Assembly (NCBI GenBank): GCA_964057225.1
Contig: OZ059897.1
Location: 3,782,001 to 3,846,000, forward strand
DNA: 64,000 nt
Source of the DNA: Auanema rhodensis
Lineage: Eukaryota > Animalia > Nematoda
Direction: 5' to 3'
Shown here: positions 15,001 to 28,350 of the stretch, one piece after another
Layout: the number at the start of each line of letters is the position of its first letter
Position numbering within the stretch: position 1 is the stretch's first letter
The notes under the pieces: model-generated
Database searches by the model: none
Told to the model about the DNA's origin: nothing
What the model saw: only the letters and a program-made list of their open reading frames with translations
Translations under genes and position numbers: made by a program

Positions 15001-18000
15001 TTTCTCAATGTAGTATAGTGCATTCGATGCGGATTTTTAAGCTGCGTTGATCTGTGTTATCAGATTTGAGTTAACTTAAAAATGCACCGAGATATCAACT
15101 GATATATGTTCACACTTATATCCTCGATTTTCACCCTGAAGAAATGATTTTTTCGTTGAAAAACATTGTCCATCGTATTCGTCTTGAAAAAAGAAATCTA
15201 AAAACATCTACTTTTTGTGAAATTATTTAGAAATTTTTCGGGAAAATTTTTGTCAAAATGTTTTTGGAAGCAATGTTGAGTGTACATGGGAACTCAACAT
15301 ACACTAATGCATTATTTTTCAAACGATCATAACTAATTTTTGTATAGAGCGTTTCTCAATGTAGTATAGTGCATTCGATGCGGATTTTTAAGCTGCGTTG
15401 ATCTGTGTTATCAGATTTGAGTTAACTTAAAAATGCACCGAGATATCAACTGATATATGTTCACACTTATATCCTCGATTTTCACCCTGAAGAAATGATT
15501 TTTTCGTTGAAAAACATTGTCCATCGTATTCGTCTTGAAAAAAGAAATCTAAAAACATCTACTTTTTGTGAAATTATTTAGAAATTTTTCGGGAAAATTT
15601 TTGTCAAAATGTTTTTGGAAGCAATGTTGAGTGTACATGGGAACTCAACATACACTAATGCATTATTTTTCAAACGATCATAACTAATTTTTGTATAGAG
15701 CGTTTCTCATTGTAGTATAGTGCATTCGATGCGGATTTTCAAGCTGCGTTGATCTGTGTTATCAGATTTGAGTTAACTTAAAAATGCACCGAGATATCAA
15801 CTGATATAGGTTCACACTTGTATCCTCGATTTTCACCCTGAAGAAATGATTTTTTCGTTGAAAAACATTGTCCATCGTATTCGTCTTGAAAAAAGGAATC
15901 TAAAAACATCTACTTTTTGTGAAATTATTCAGAAATTTTTCGGGAAAATTTTTGTCAAAATGTTTTTGGAAGCAATGTTGAGTGTACATAGGAACTCAAC
16001 ATACACTAATGCATTATTTTTCAAACGATCATAACTAATTTTTGTATAGAGCGTTTCTCATTGTAGTATAGTGCATTCGATGCGGATTTTCAAGCTGCGT
16101 TGATCTGTGTTATCAGATTTGAGTTAACTTAAAAATGCACCGAGATATCAACTGATATAGGTTCACACTTGTATCCTCGATTTTCACCCTGAAGAAATGA
16201 TTTTTTCGTTGAAAAACATTGTCCATCGTATTCGTCTTGAAAAAAGGAATCTAAAAACATCTACTTTTTGTGAAATTATTCAGAAATTTTTCGGGAAAAT
16301 TTTTGTCAAAATGTTTTTGGAAGCAATGTTGAGTGTACATAGGAACTCAACATACACTAATGCATTATTTTTCGAACGATCATAACTAATTTTTGTATAG
16401 AGCGTTTCTCAATGTAGTATAGTGCATTCGATGCGGATTTTTAAGCTGCGTTGATCTGTGTTATCAGATTTGAGTTAACTTAAAAATGCACCGAGATATC
16501 AACTGATATATGTTCACACTTATATCCTCGATTTTCACCCTGAAGAAATGATTTTTTCGTTGAAAAACATTGTCCATCGTATTCGTCTTGAAAAAAGAAA
16601 TCTAAAAACATCTACTTTTTGTGAAATTATTTAGAAATTTTTCGGGAAAATTTTTGTCAAAATGTTTTTGGAAGCAATGTTGAGTGTACATGGGAACTCA
16701 ACATACACTAATGCATTATTTTTCAAACGATCATAACTAATTTTTGTATAGAGCGTTTCTCAATGTAGTATAGTGCATTCGATGCGGATTTTTAAGCTGC
16801 GTTGATCTGTGTTATCAGATTTGAGTTAACTTAAAAATGCACCGAGATATCAACTGATATATGTTCACACTTATATCCTCGATTTTCACCCTGAAGAAAT
16901 GATTTTTTCGTTGAAAAACATTGTCCATCGTATTCGTCTTGAAAAAAGAAATCTAAAAACATCTACTTTTTGTGAAATTATTTAGAAATGTTTCGGAAAA
17001 ATTTTTGTCAAAATGTTTTTGGAAGCAATGTTGAGTGTACATGGGAACTCAACATACACTAATGCATTATTTTTCAAACGATCATAACTAATTTTTGTAT
17101 AGAGCGTTTCTCATTGTAGTATAGTGCATTCGATGCGGATTTTCAAGCTGCGTTGATCTGTGTTATCAGATTTGAGTTAACTTAAAAATGCACCGAGATA
17201 TCAACTGATATAGGTTCACACTTGTATCCTCGATTTTCACCCTGAAGAAATGATTTTTTCGTTGAAAAACATTGTCCATCGTATTCGTCTTGAAAAAAGG
17301 AATCTAAAAACATCTACTTTTTGTGAAATTATTTAGAAATTTTTCGGGAAAAGTTTTGTCAAAATGTTTTTGGAAGCAATGTTGAGTGTACATGGGAACT
17401 CAACATACACTAATGCATTATTTTTCAAACGATCATAACTAATTTTTGTATAGAGCGTTTCTCAATGTAGTATAGTGCATTCGATGCGGATTTTTAAGCT
17501 GCGTTGATCTGTGTTATCAGATTTGAGTTAACTTAAAAATGCACCGAGATATCAACTGATATAGGTTCACACTTATATCCTCGATTTTCACCCTGAAGAA
17601 ATGATTTTTTCGTTGAATAACATTGTCCATCGTCTTCGTCTTAAAAAAAGAAATCTAAAAACTCCTACTTTTTGTGAAATTATTTAGAAATTTTTCGGGA
17701 AAATTTTTGTCACAATGTTTTTGGAAGCAATGTTGAGTGTACATGGGAACTCAACATACACTAATGCATTATTTTTCAAACGATCATAACTAATTTTTGT
17801 ATAGAGCGTTTCTCATTGTAGTATAGTGCATTCGATGCGGATTTTTAAGCTGCGTTGATCTGTGTTATCAGATTTGAGTTAATTTAAAAATGCACCGAGA
17901 TATCAACTGATATATGTTCACACTTATATCCTCGATTTTCACCCTGAAGAAATGATTTTTTCGTTGAAAAACATTGTCCATCGTATTCGTCTTGAAAAAA

Positions 18001-18510
18001 GAAATCTAAAAACATCTACTTTTTGTGAAATTATTTAGAAATTTTTCGGGAAAATTTTTGTCAAAATGTTTTTGGAAGCAATGTTGAGTGTACATGGGAA
18101 CTCAACATACACTAATGCATTATTTTTCAAACGATCATAACTAATTTTTGTATAGAGCGTTTCCTAATGTAGTATAGTGCATTCGATGCGGATTTTTAAG
18201 CTGCGTTGATCTGTGTTATCAGATTTGAGTTAGCTTAAAAATGCACCGAGATATCAACTGATATATGTTCACACTTATATCCTCGATTTTCACCCTGAAG
18301 AATTAATTTTTTCGTTGAATAACATTGTCCATCGTATTCGTCTTGAAAAAAGAAATCTAAAAACATCTACTTTTTGTGAAATTATTTAGAAATTTTTCGG
18401 AAAAATTTTTGTCAAAATGTTTTTGGAAGCAATGTTGAGTGTACATGGGAACTCAACATACACTAATGCATTATTTTTCAAACGATCATAACTAATTTTT
18501 GTATAGAGCG
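6060..18510. repeat. About 5-kb block duplication at 7371 bp (21-monomer) offset: ~6060-11140 vs ~13430-18510
   Basis: Rare variants paired at exactly +7371: TTTGATGCGG 7301/14672; AAATGTTTCGGAAAAA ~9615/16986; AGTTTTGTC 9981/17352; TCCTAAT 10791/18162; ORFs 8475/15846 and 8826/16197. Confidence 0.88.
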
Positions 18511-20999
18511 TTTCTCAATGTAGTATAGTGCATTCGATGCGGATTTTTAAGCTGCGTTGATCTGTGTTATCAGATTTGAGGTAACTTAAAAATGCACCGA
18601 GATATCAACTGATATATGTTCACACTTATATCCTCGATTTTCACCCTGAAGAAATGATTTTTTCGTTGAAAAACATTGTCCATCGTATTCGTCTTGAAAA
18701 AAGAAATCTAAAAACAGCTACTTTTTGTGAAATTATTCAGAAATTTTTCGGGAAAATTTTTGTCAAAATGTTTTTGGAAGCAATGTTGAGTGTACATGGG
18801 AACTCAACATACACTAATGCATTATTTTTCAAACGATCATAACTAATTTTTGTATAGAGCGTTTCCTAATGTAGTATAGTGCATTCGATGCGGATTTTTA
18901 AGCTGCGTTGATCTGTGTTATCAGATTTGAGTTAGCTTAAAAATGCACCGAGATATCAACTGATATATGTTCACACTTATATCCTCGATTTTCACCCTGA
19001 AGAATTAATTTTTTCGTTGAATAACATTGTCCATCGTATTCGTCTTGAAAAAAGAAATCTAAAAACATCTACTTTTTGTGAAATTATTTAGAAATTTTTC
19101 GGAAAAATTTTTGTCAAAATGTTTTTGGAAGCAATGTTGAGTGTACATGGGAACTCAACATACACTAATGCATTATTTTTCAAACGATCATAACTAATTT
19201 TTGTATAGAGCGTTTCTCAATGTAGTATAGTGCATTCGATGCGGATTTTTAAGCTGCGTTGATCTGTGTTATCAGATTTGAGGTAACTTAAAAATGCACC
19301 GAGATATCAACTGATATATGTTCACACTTATATCCTCGATTTTCACCCTGAAGAAATGATTTTTTCGTTGAAAAACATTGTCCATCGTATTCGTCTTGAA
19401 AAAAGAAATCTAAAAACAGCTACTTTTTGTGAAATTATTCAGAAATTTTTCGGGAAAATTTTTGTCAAAATGTTTTTGGAAGCAATGTTGAGTGTACATG
19501 GGAACTCAACATACACTAATGCATTATTTTTCAAACGATCATAACTAATTTTTGTATAGAGCGTTTCTCATTGTAGTATAGTGCATTCGATGCGGATTTT
19601 CAAGCTGCGTTGATCTGTGTTATCAGATTTGAGTTAACTTAAAAATGCACCGAGATATCAACTGATATAGGTTCACACTTGTATCCTCGATTTTCACCCT
19701 GAAGAAATGATTTTTTCGTTGAAAAACATTGTCCATCGTATTCGTCTTGAAAAAAGGAATCTAAAAACATCTACTTTTTGTGAAATTATTTAGAAATTTT
19801 TCGGGAAAATTTTTGTCAAAATGTTTTTGGAAGCAATGTTGAGTGTACATGGGAACTCAACATACACTAATGCATTATTTTTCAAACGATCATAACTAAT
19901 TTTTGTATAGAGCGTTTCTCAATGTAGTATAGTGCATTCGATGCGGATTTTTAAGCTGCGTTGATCTGTGTTATCAGATTTGAGTTAACTTAAAAATGCA
20001 CCGAGATATCAACTGATATAGGTTCACACTTATATCCTCGATTTTCACCCTGAAGAAATGATTTTTTCGTTGAATAACATTGTCCATCGTCTTCGTCTTA
20101 AAAAAAGAAATCTAAAAACTCCTACTTTTTGTGAAATTATTTAGAAATTTTTCGGGAAAATTTTTGTCACAATGTTTTTGGAAGCAATGTTGAGTGTACA
20201 TGGGAACTCAACATACACTAATGCATTATTTTTCAAACGATCATAACTAATTTTTGTATAGAGCGTTTCTCAATGTAGTATAGTGCATTCGATGCGGATT
20301 TTTAAGCTGCGTTGATCTGTGTTATCAGATTTGAGTTAACTTAAAAATGCACCGAGATATCAACTGATATAGGTTCACACTTATATCCTCGATTTTCACC
20401 CTGAAGAAATGATTTTTTCGTTGAATAACATTGTCCATCGTCTTCGTCTTGAAAAAAGGAATCTAAAAACATCTACTTTTTGTGAAATTATTTAGAAATT
20501 TTTCGGGAAAATTTTTGTCAAAATGTTTTTGGAAGCAATGTTGAGTGTACATGGGAACTCAACATACACTAATGCATTATTTTTCAAACGATCATAACTA
20601 ATTTTTGTATAGAGCGTTTCTCAATGTAGTATAGTGCATTCGATGCGGATTTTTAAGCTGCGTTGATCTGTGTTATCAGATTTGAGTTAATTTAAAAATG
20701 CACCGAGATATCAACTGATATATGTTCACACTTATATCCTCGATTTTCACCCTGAAGAAATGATTTTTTCGTTGAAAAACATTGTCCATCGTATTCGTCT
20801 TGAAAAAAGAAATCTAAAAACATCTACTTTTTGTGAAATTATTTAGAAATTTTTCGGGAAAATTTTTGTCAAAATGTTTTTGGAAGCAATGTTGAGTGTA
20901 CATGGGAACTCAACATACACTAATGCATTATTTTTCAAACGATCATAACTAATTTTTGTATAGAGCGTTTCTCATTGTAGTATAGTGCATTCGATGCGG

Positions 21000-23900
21000 A
21001 TTTTTAAGCTGCGTCGATCTGTGTTATCAGATTTGCGCTAGCTTAAAAATGCTCCGAGATATCAACTTATATAAGTTCACACTTATATCCTCGATTTTCA
21101 CCCTGAAGAATTAATTTTTTCGTTGAATAACATTGTCCATTGTCTTTGCCTTGAAAAAAGAAATCTAAAAACTCCTACTTTTTGTGAAATTATTTAGAAA
21201 TTTTTCGGGAAAATTTTTGTCACAATGTTTTTGGAAGCAATGTTGAGTGTACATGGGAACTCAACATACACTAATGCATTATTTTTCAAACGATCATAAC
21301 TAATTTTTGTATAGAGCGTTTCCTAATGTAGTATAGTGCATTCGATGCGGATTTTTAAGCTGCGTTGATCTGTGTTATCAGATTTGAGTTAGCTTAAAAA
21401 TGCACCGAGATATCAACTGATATATGTTCACACTTATATCCTCGATTTTCACCCTGAAGAATTAATTTTTTCGTTGAATAACATTGTCCATCGTCTTTGC
21501 CTTGAAAAAAGAAATCTAAAAACATCTACTTTTTGTGAAATTATTTAGAAATTTTTCGGGAAAATTTTTGTCACAATGTTTTTGGAAGCAATGTTGAGTG
21601 TACATGGGAACTCAACATACACTAATGCATTATTTTTCAAACGATCATAACTAATTCTTGTATAGAGCGTTTCTCAATGTAGTATAGTGCATTCGATGCG
21701 GATTTTTAAGCTGCGTTGATCTGTGATATCAGATTTGAGTTAACTTAAAAATGCACCGAGATATCAACTGATATATGTTCTCACTTATATCCTCGATTTT
21801 CACCCTGAAGAAATGATTTTTTCGTTGAATAACATTGTCCATCGTCTTTGCCTTGAAAAAAGAAATCTAAAAACATCTACTTTTTGTGAAATTATTTAGA
21901 AATTTTTCGGGAAAATTTTTGTCACAATGTTTTTGGAAGCAATGTTAAGTGTACATGGGAACTCAACACACACTAATGCATTATTTTTCAAACGATCATA
22001 ACTAATTTTTGTATAGAGCGTTTCTTAATGTAGTATAGTGCAGTCGATGCGGATTTTTAAGCTGCGTCGATCTGTGTTATCAGATTTGCGCTAGCTTAAA
22101 AATGCTCCGAGATATCAACTTATATAAGTTCACACTTATATTCTCGATTTTCACCCTGAAGAATTAATTTTTTCGTTGAATAACATTGTCGATCGTCTTT
22201 GCCTTGAAAAAAGGAATCTAAAAACATTTACTTTTTGTGAAATTATTCAGAAATTTTTCGGGAAAATTTTTGTCAAAATGTTTTTGGAAGCAATGTTGAG
22301 TGTACATGGGAACTCAACATACACTAATGCATTATTTTTCAAACGATCATAACTAATTTTTGTATAGAGCGTTTCTCAATGTAGTATAGTGCATTCGATG
22401 CGGATTTTTAAGCTGCGTCGATCTGTGTTATCAGATTTGAGTTAGCTTAAAAATGCACCGAGATATCAACTGATATAGGTTCACACTTATATCCTCGATT
22501 TTCACCCTGAAGAAATGATTTTTTCGTTGAATAACATTGTCCATCGTCTTTGCCTTGAAAAAAGAAATCTGAAAACATTTACTTTTCGTGAAATTATTCA
22601 GAAATTTTTCGGGAAAATTTTTGTCAAAATGTTTTTGGAAGCAATGTTGAGTGTACATGGGAACTCAACACACACTAATGCATTATTTTTCAAACGATCA
22701 TAACTAATTTTTGTATTAAGCTTTTCTCAATGTAGTATAGTGCAGTCGATGCGGATTTTTAAGCTGCGTCGATCTGTGTTATCAGATTTGCGCTAGCTTA
22801 AAAATGCTCCGAGATATCAACTTATATAAGTTCACACTTATATCCTCGATTTTCACCCTGAAGAATTAAATTTTTCGTTGAATAACATTGTCGATCGTCT
22901 TTGCCTTGAAAAAAGGAATCTAAAAACATTTACTTTTTGTGAAATTATTCAGAAATTTTTCGGGAAAATTTTTGTCAAAATGTTTTTGGAAGCAATGTTG
23001 AGTGTACATGGGAACTCAACATACACTAATGCATTATTTTTCAAACGATCATAACTAATTTTTGTATGGAGCGTTTCTCAATGTAGTATAGTGCATTCGA
23101 TGCGGATTTTTAAGCTGCGTTGATCTGTGTTATCAGATTTGAGTTAGCTTAAAAATGCACCGAGATATCAACTGATATATGTTCACACTTATATCCTCGA
23201 TTTTCACCCTGAAGAATTAATTTTTTCGTTGAATAACTTTGTCCATCGTCTTTGCCTTGAAAAAAAGAATCTAAAAACATTTACTTTTTGTGAAATTATT
23301 CAGAAATTTTTCGGGAAAATTTTTGTCAAAATGTTTTTGGAAGCAATGTTGAGTGTACATGGGAACTCAACATACACTAATGCATTATTTTTCAAACGAT
23401 CATAACTAATTTTTGTATAGAGCGTCTCTCATTGTAATATAGTGCATTCGATGCGGATTTTTAAGCTGCGTCGATCTGTGTTATCAGATTTGCGCTAGCT
23501 TAAAAATGCTCCGAGATATCAACTTATATAAGTTCACACTTATATCCTCGATTTTCACCCTGAAGAATTAATTTTTTCGTTGAATAACATTGTCCATCGT
23601 CTTTGCCTTGAAAAAAGAAATCGAAAAACTCCTACTTTTTGTGAAATTATTTAGAAATTTTTCGGGAAAATTTTTGTCACAATGTTTTTGGAAGCAATGT
23701 TGAGTGTACATGGGAACTCAACATACACTAATGCATTATTTTTCAAACGATCATAACTAATTTTTGTATAGAGCGTTTCTCAATGTAGTATAGTGCATTC
23801 GATGCGGATTTTTAAGCTGCGTCGATCTGTGTTATCAGATTTGAGTTAGCTTAAAAATGCACCGAGATATCAACTGATATAGGTTCACACTTATATCCTC

Positions 23901-24900
23901 GATTTTCACCCTGAAGAAATGATTTTTTCGTTGAATAACATTGTCCATCGTCTTCGTCTTGAAAAAAAAAATCTAAAAACATCTACTTTTTGTGAAATTA
24001 TTCAGAAATTTTTCGGGAAAATTTTTGTCAAAATGTTTTTGGAAGCAATGTTGAGTGTACATGGGAACTCAACATACACTAATGCATTATTTTTCAAACG
24101 ATCATAACTAATTTTTGTATAGAGCGTTTTTCAATGTAGTATAGTGCATTCGATGCGGATTTTTAAGCTGCGTTGATCTGTGTTATCAGATTTGCGTTAA
24201 CTTAAGAATGCACCGAGATATCAACTGATATATGTTCACACTTATATCCTCGATTTTCACCCTGAAGAAATGATTTTTTCGTTGAATAACATTGTCCATC
24301 GTCTTTGCCTTGAAAAAAGAAATCTAAAAACTACTACTTTTTGTGAAATTATTTAGAAATTTTTCGGGAAAATTTTTGTCAAAATGTTTTTGGAAGCAAT
24401 GTTGAGTGTACATGGGAACTCAACATACACTAATGCATTATTTTTCAAACGATCATAACTAATTTTTGTATAGAGCGTCTCTCATTGTAATATAGTGCAT
24501 TCGATGCGGATTTTTAAGCTGCGTCGATCTGTGTTATCAGATTTGCGCTAGCTTAAAAATGCTCCGAGATATCAACTTATATAAGTTCACACTTATATCC
24601 TCGATTTTCACCCTGAAGAATTAATTTTTTCGTTGAATAACATTGTCCATCGTCTTTGCCTTGAAAAAAGAAATTTAAAAACTCCTACTTTTTGTGAAAT
24701 TATTTAGAAATTTTTCGGGAAAATTTTTGTCACAATGTTTTTGGAAGCAATGTTGAGTGTACATGGGAACTCAACATACACTAATGCATTATTTTTCAAA
24801 CGATCATAACTAATTTTTGTATAGAGCGTTTCTTAATGTATTATAGTGCATTCGATGCGGATTTTTAAGCTGCGTTGATCTGTGTTATCAGATTTGAGTT
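21000..24900. repeat. Heterogeneous satellite segment with mixed A/B-type variants
   Basis: Many local variants (GCTCCGAG, AACTTATATAAGTT, GCAGTCGA, GTCGATCG, CAACACAC) plus B-type alleles (GCGTCGAT, ATAAGTTC, ATTAAGC, AATAACTTT); no regular period above 351. Confidence 0.75.
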
Positions 24901-25199
24901 AGCTTAAAAATGCACCGAGATATCAACTGATATATGTTCACACTTATATCCTCGATTTTCACCCTGAAGAAATGATTTTTTCGTTGAATAACATTGTCCA
25001 TCGTCTTCGTCTTGAAAAAAAAAATCTAAAAACATCTACTTTTTGTGAAAATATTCAGAAATTTTTCGGGAAAATTTTTGTCAAAATGTTTTTGGAAGCA
25101 ATGTTGAGTGTACATGGGAACTCAACATACACTAATGCATTATTTTTCAAACGATCATAACTAATTTTTGTATAGAGCGTTTCTCAATGTAGTATAGTG

Positions 25200-28100
25200 C
25201 ATTCGATGCGGATTCTTAAGCTGCGTTGATCTGTGTTATCAGATTTGAGTTAACTTAAAAATGCACCGAGATATCAACTGATATATGTTCACACTTATAT
25301 CCTCGATTTTCACCCTGAAGAAATGATTTTTTCGTTGAAAAACATTGTCCATCGTATTCGTCTTGAAAAAAGGAATCTAAAAACATCTACTTTTTGTGAA
25401 ATTATTTAGAAATTTTTCGGGAAAATTTTTGTCAAAATGTTTTTGGAAGCAATGTTGAGTGTACATGGGAACTCAACATACACTAATGCATTATTTTTCA
25501 AACGATCATAACTAATTTTTGTATAGAGCGTTTCTCATTGTAGTATAGTGCATTCGATGCGGATTTTTAAGCTGCGTTGATCTGTGTTATCAGATTTGAG
25601 TTATCTTAAAAATACACCGAGATATCAACTGATATATGTTCACACTTATATCCTCGATTTTCACCCTGAAGAAATGATTTTTTCGTTGAATAACATTGTC
25701 CATCGTCTTCGTCTTGAAAAAAAAAATCTAAAACATCTACTTTTTGTGAAAATATTCAGAAATTTTTCGGGAAAATTTTTGTCAAAATGTTTTTGGAAGC
25801 AATGTTGAGTGTACATGGGAACTCAACATACACTAATGCATTATTTTTCAAACGATCATAACTAATTTTTGTATAGAGCGTTTCTCAATGTAGTATAGTG
25901 CATTCGATGCGGATTCTTAAGCTGCGTTGATCTGTGTTTTCAGATTTGAGTTAACTTAAAAATGCACCGAGATATCAACTGATATATGTTCACACTTATA
26001 TCCTCGATTTTCACCCTGAAGAAATGATTTTTTCGTTGAAAAACATTGTCCATCGTATTCGTCTTGAAAAAAGGAATCTAAAAACATCTACTTTTTGTGA
26101 AATTATCTAGAAATTTTTCGGGAAAATTTTTGTCAAAATGTTTTTGGAAGCAATGTTGAGTGTACATGGGAACTCAACATACACTAATGCATTATTTTTC
26201 AAACGATCATAACTAATTTTTGTATAGAGCGTTTCTCATTGTAGTATAGTGCATTCGATGCGGATTTTTAAGCTGCGTTGATCTGTGTTATCAGATTTGA
26301 GTTAACTTAAAAATGCACCGAGATATCAACTGATATAGGTTCACACTTGTATCCTCGATTTTCACCCTGAAGAAATGATTTTTTCGTTGGAAAACATTGT
26401 CCATCGTATTCGTCTTGAAAAAAGGAATCTAAAAACATCTACTTTTTGTGAAATTATTTAGAAATTTTTCGGGAAAATTTTTGTCAAAATGTTTTTGGAA
26501 GCAATGTTGAGTGTACATGGGAACTCAACATACACTAATGCATTATTTTTCAAACGATCATAACTAATTTTTGTATATAGCGTTTCTCAATGTAGTAAAG
26601 TGCATTCGATGCGGATTTTTAAGCTGCGTTGATCTGTGTTATCAGATTTGAGTTAACTTAAAAATGCACCGAGATATCAACTGATATAGGTTCACACTTA
26701 TATCCTCGATTTTCACCCTGAAGAAATGATTTTTTCGTTGAAAAACATGTCCATCGTATTTGTCTTGAAAAAAGGAATCTAAAAACATCTACTTTTTGTG
26801 AAATTATTTAGAAATTTTTCGGGAAAATTTTTGTCAAAATGTTTTTGGAAGCAATGTTGAGTGTACATGGGAACTCAACATACACTAATGTATTATTTTT
26901 CAAACGATCATAACTAATTTTTGTATAGAGCGTTTCTCATTGTAGTATAGTGCATTCGATGCGGATTTTTAAGCTGCGTTGATCTGTGTTATCAGATTTG
27001 AGTTATCTTAAAAATACACCGAGATATCAACTGATATATGTTCACACTTATATCCTCGATTTTCACCCTGAAGAAATGATTTTTTCGTTGAATAACATTG
27101 TCCATCGTCTTCGTCTTGAAAAAAAAAATCTAAAACATCTACTTTTTGTGAAAATATTCAGAAATTTTTCGGGAAAATTTTTGTCAAAATGTTTTTGGAA
27201 GCAATGTTGAGTGTACATGGGAACTCAACATACACTAATGCATTATTTTTCAAACGATCATAACTAATTTTTGTATAGAGCGTTTCTCAATGTAGTATAG
27301 TGCATTCGATGCGGATTCTTAAGCTGCGTTGATCTGTGTTATCAGATTTGAGTTAACTTAAAAATGCACCGAGATATCAACTGATATATGTTCACACTTA
27401 TATCCTCGATTTTCACCCTGAAGAAATGATTTTTTCGTTGAAAAACATTGTCCATCGTATTCGTCTTGAAAAAAGGAATCTAAAAACATCTACTTTTTGT
27501 GAAATTATCTAGAAATTTTTCGGGAAAATTTTTGTCAAAATGTTTTTGGAAGCAATGTTGAGTGTACATGGGAACTCAACATACACTAATGCATTATTTT
27601 TCAAACGATCATAACTAATTTTTGTATAGAGCGTTTCTCATTGTAGTATAGTGCATTCGATGCGGATTTTTAAGCTGCGTTGATCTGTGTTATCAGATTT
27701 GAGTTAACTTAAAAATGCACCGAGATATCAACTGATATAGGTTCACACTTGTATCCTCGATTTTCACCCTGAAGAAATGATTTTTTCGTTGGAAAACATT
27801 GTCCATCGTATTCGTCTTGAAAAAAGGAATCTAAAAACATCTACTTTTTGTGAAATTATTTAGAAATGTTTCGGGAAAATTTTTGTCAAAATGTTTTTGG
27901 AAGCAATGTTGAGTGTACATGGGAACTCAACATACACTAATGCATTATTTTTCAAACGATCATAACTAATTTTTGTATATAGCGTTTCTCAATGTAGTAA
28001 AGTGCATTCGATGCGGATTTTTAAGCTGCGTTGATCTGTGTTATCAGATTTGAGTTAACTTAAAAATGCACCGAGATATCAACTGATATAGGTTCACACT

Positions 28101-28350
28101 TATATCCTCGATTTTCACCCTGAAGAAATGATTTTTTCGTTGAAAAACATGTCCATCGTATTTGTCTTGAAAAAAGGAATCTAAAAACATCTACTTTTTG
28201 TGAAATTATTTAGAAATTTTTCGGGAAAATTTTTGTCAAAATGTTTTTGGAAGCAATGTTGAGTGTACATGGGAACTCAACATACACTAATGCATTATTT
28301 TTCAAACGATCATAACTAATTTTTGTATAGAGCGTTTCTCATTGTAGTAT
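25200..28350. repeat. 4-mer higher-order repeat (1402 bp = 4x351-2), about 2 copies, decaying into shuffled copies up to ~32.4k
   Basis: ORFs 25584/26986 (+1402). Markers TTATCTTAAAAATACACC, GATTCTTAAG, ATTATCTAG, CGTTGGAAAAC, GTAAAGTGC and the 1-bp deletion AAAACATGTCC repeat in the same order. Confidence 0.8.

Noticed and set aside
26382-26398. CENP-B-box-like variant TTTCGTTGGAAAACATT (also ~27784, 28486, 30238, 32341, 34689, 36442)
   Set aside because: It matches the first 12 nt of YTTCGTTGGAARCGGGA but lacks the essential CGGG half. It arises from one A>G change in T/A-rich context and is likely coincidental.
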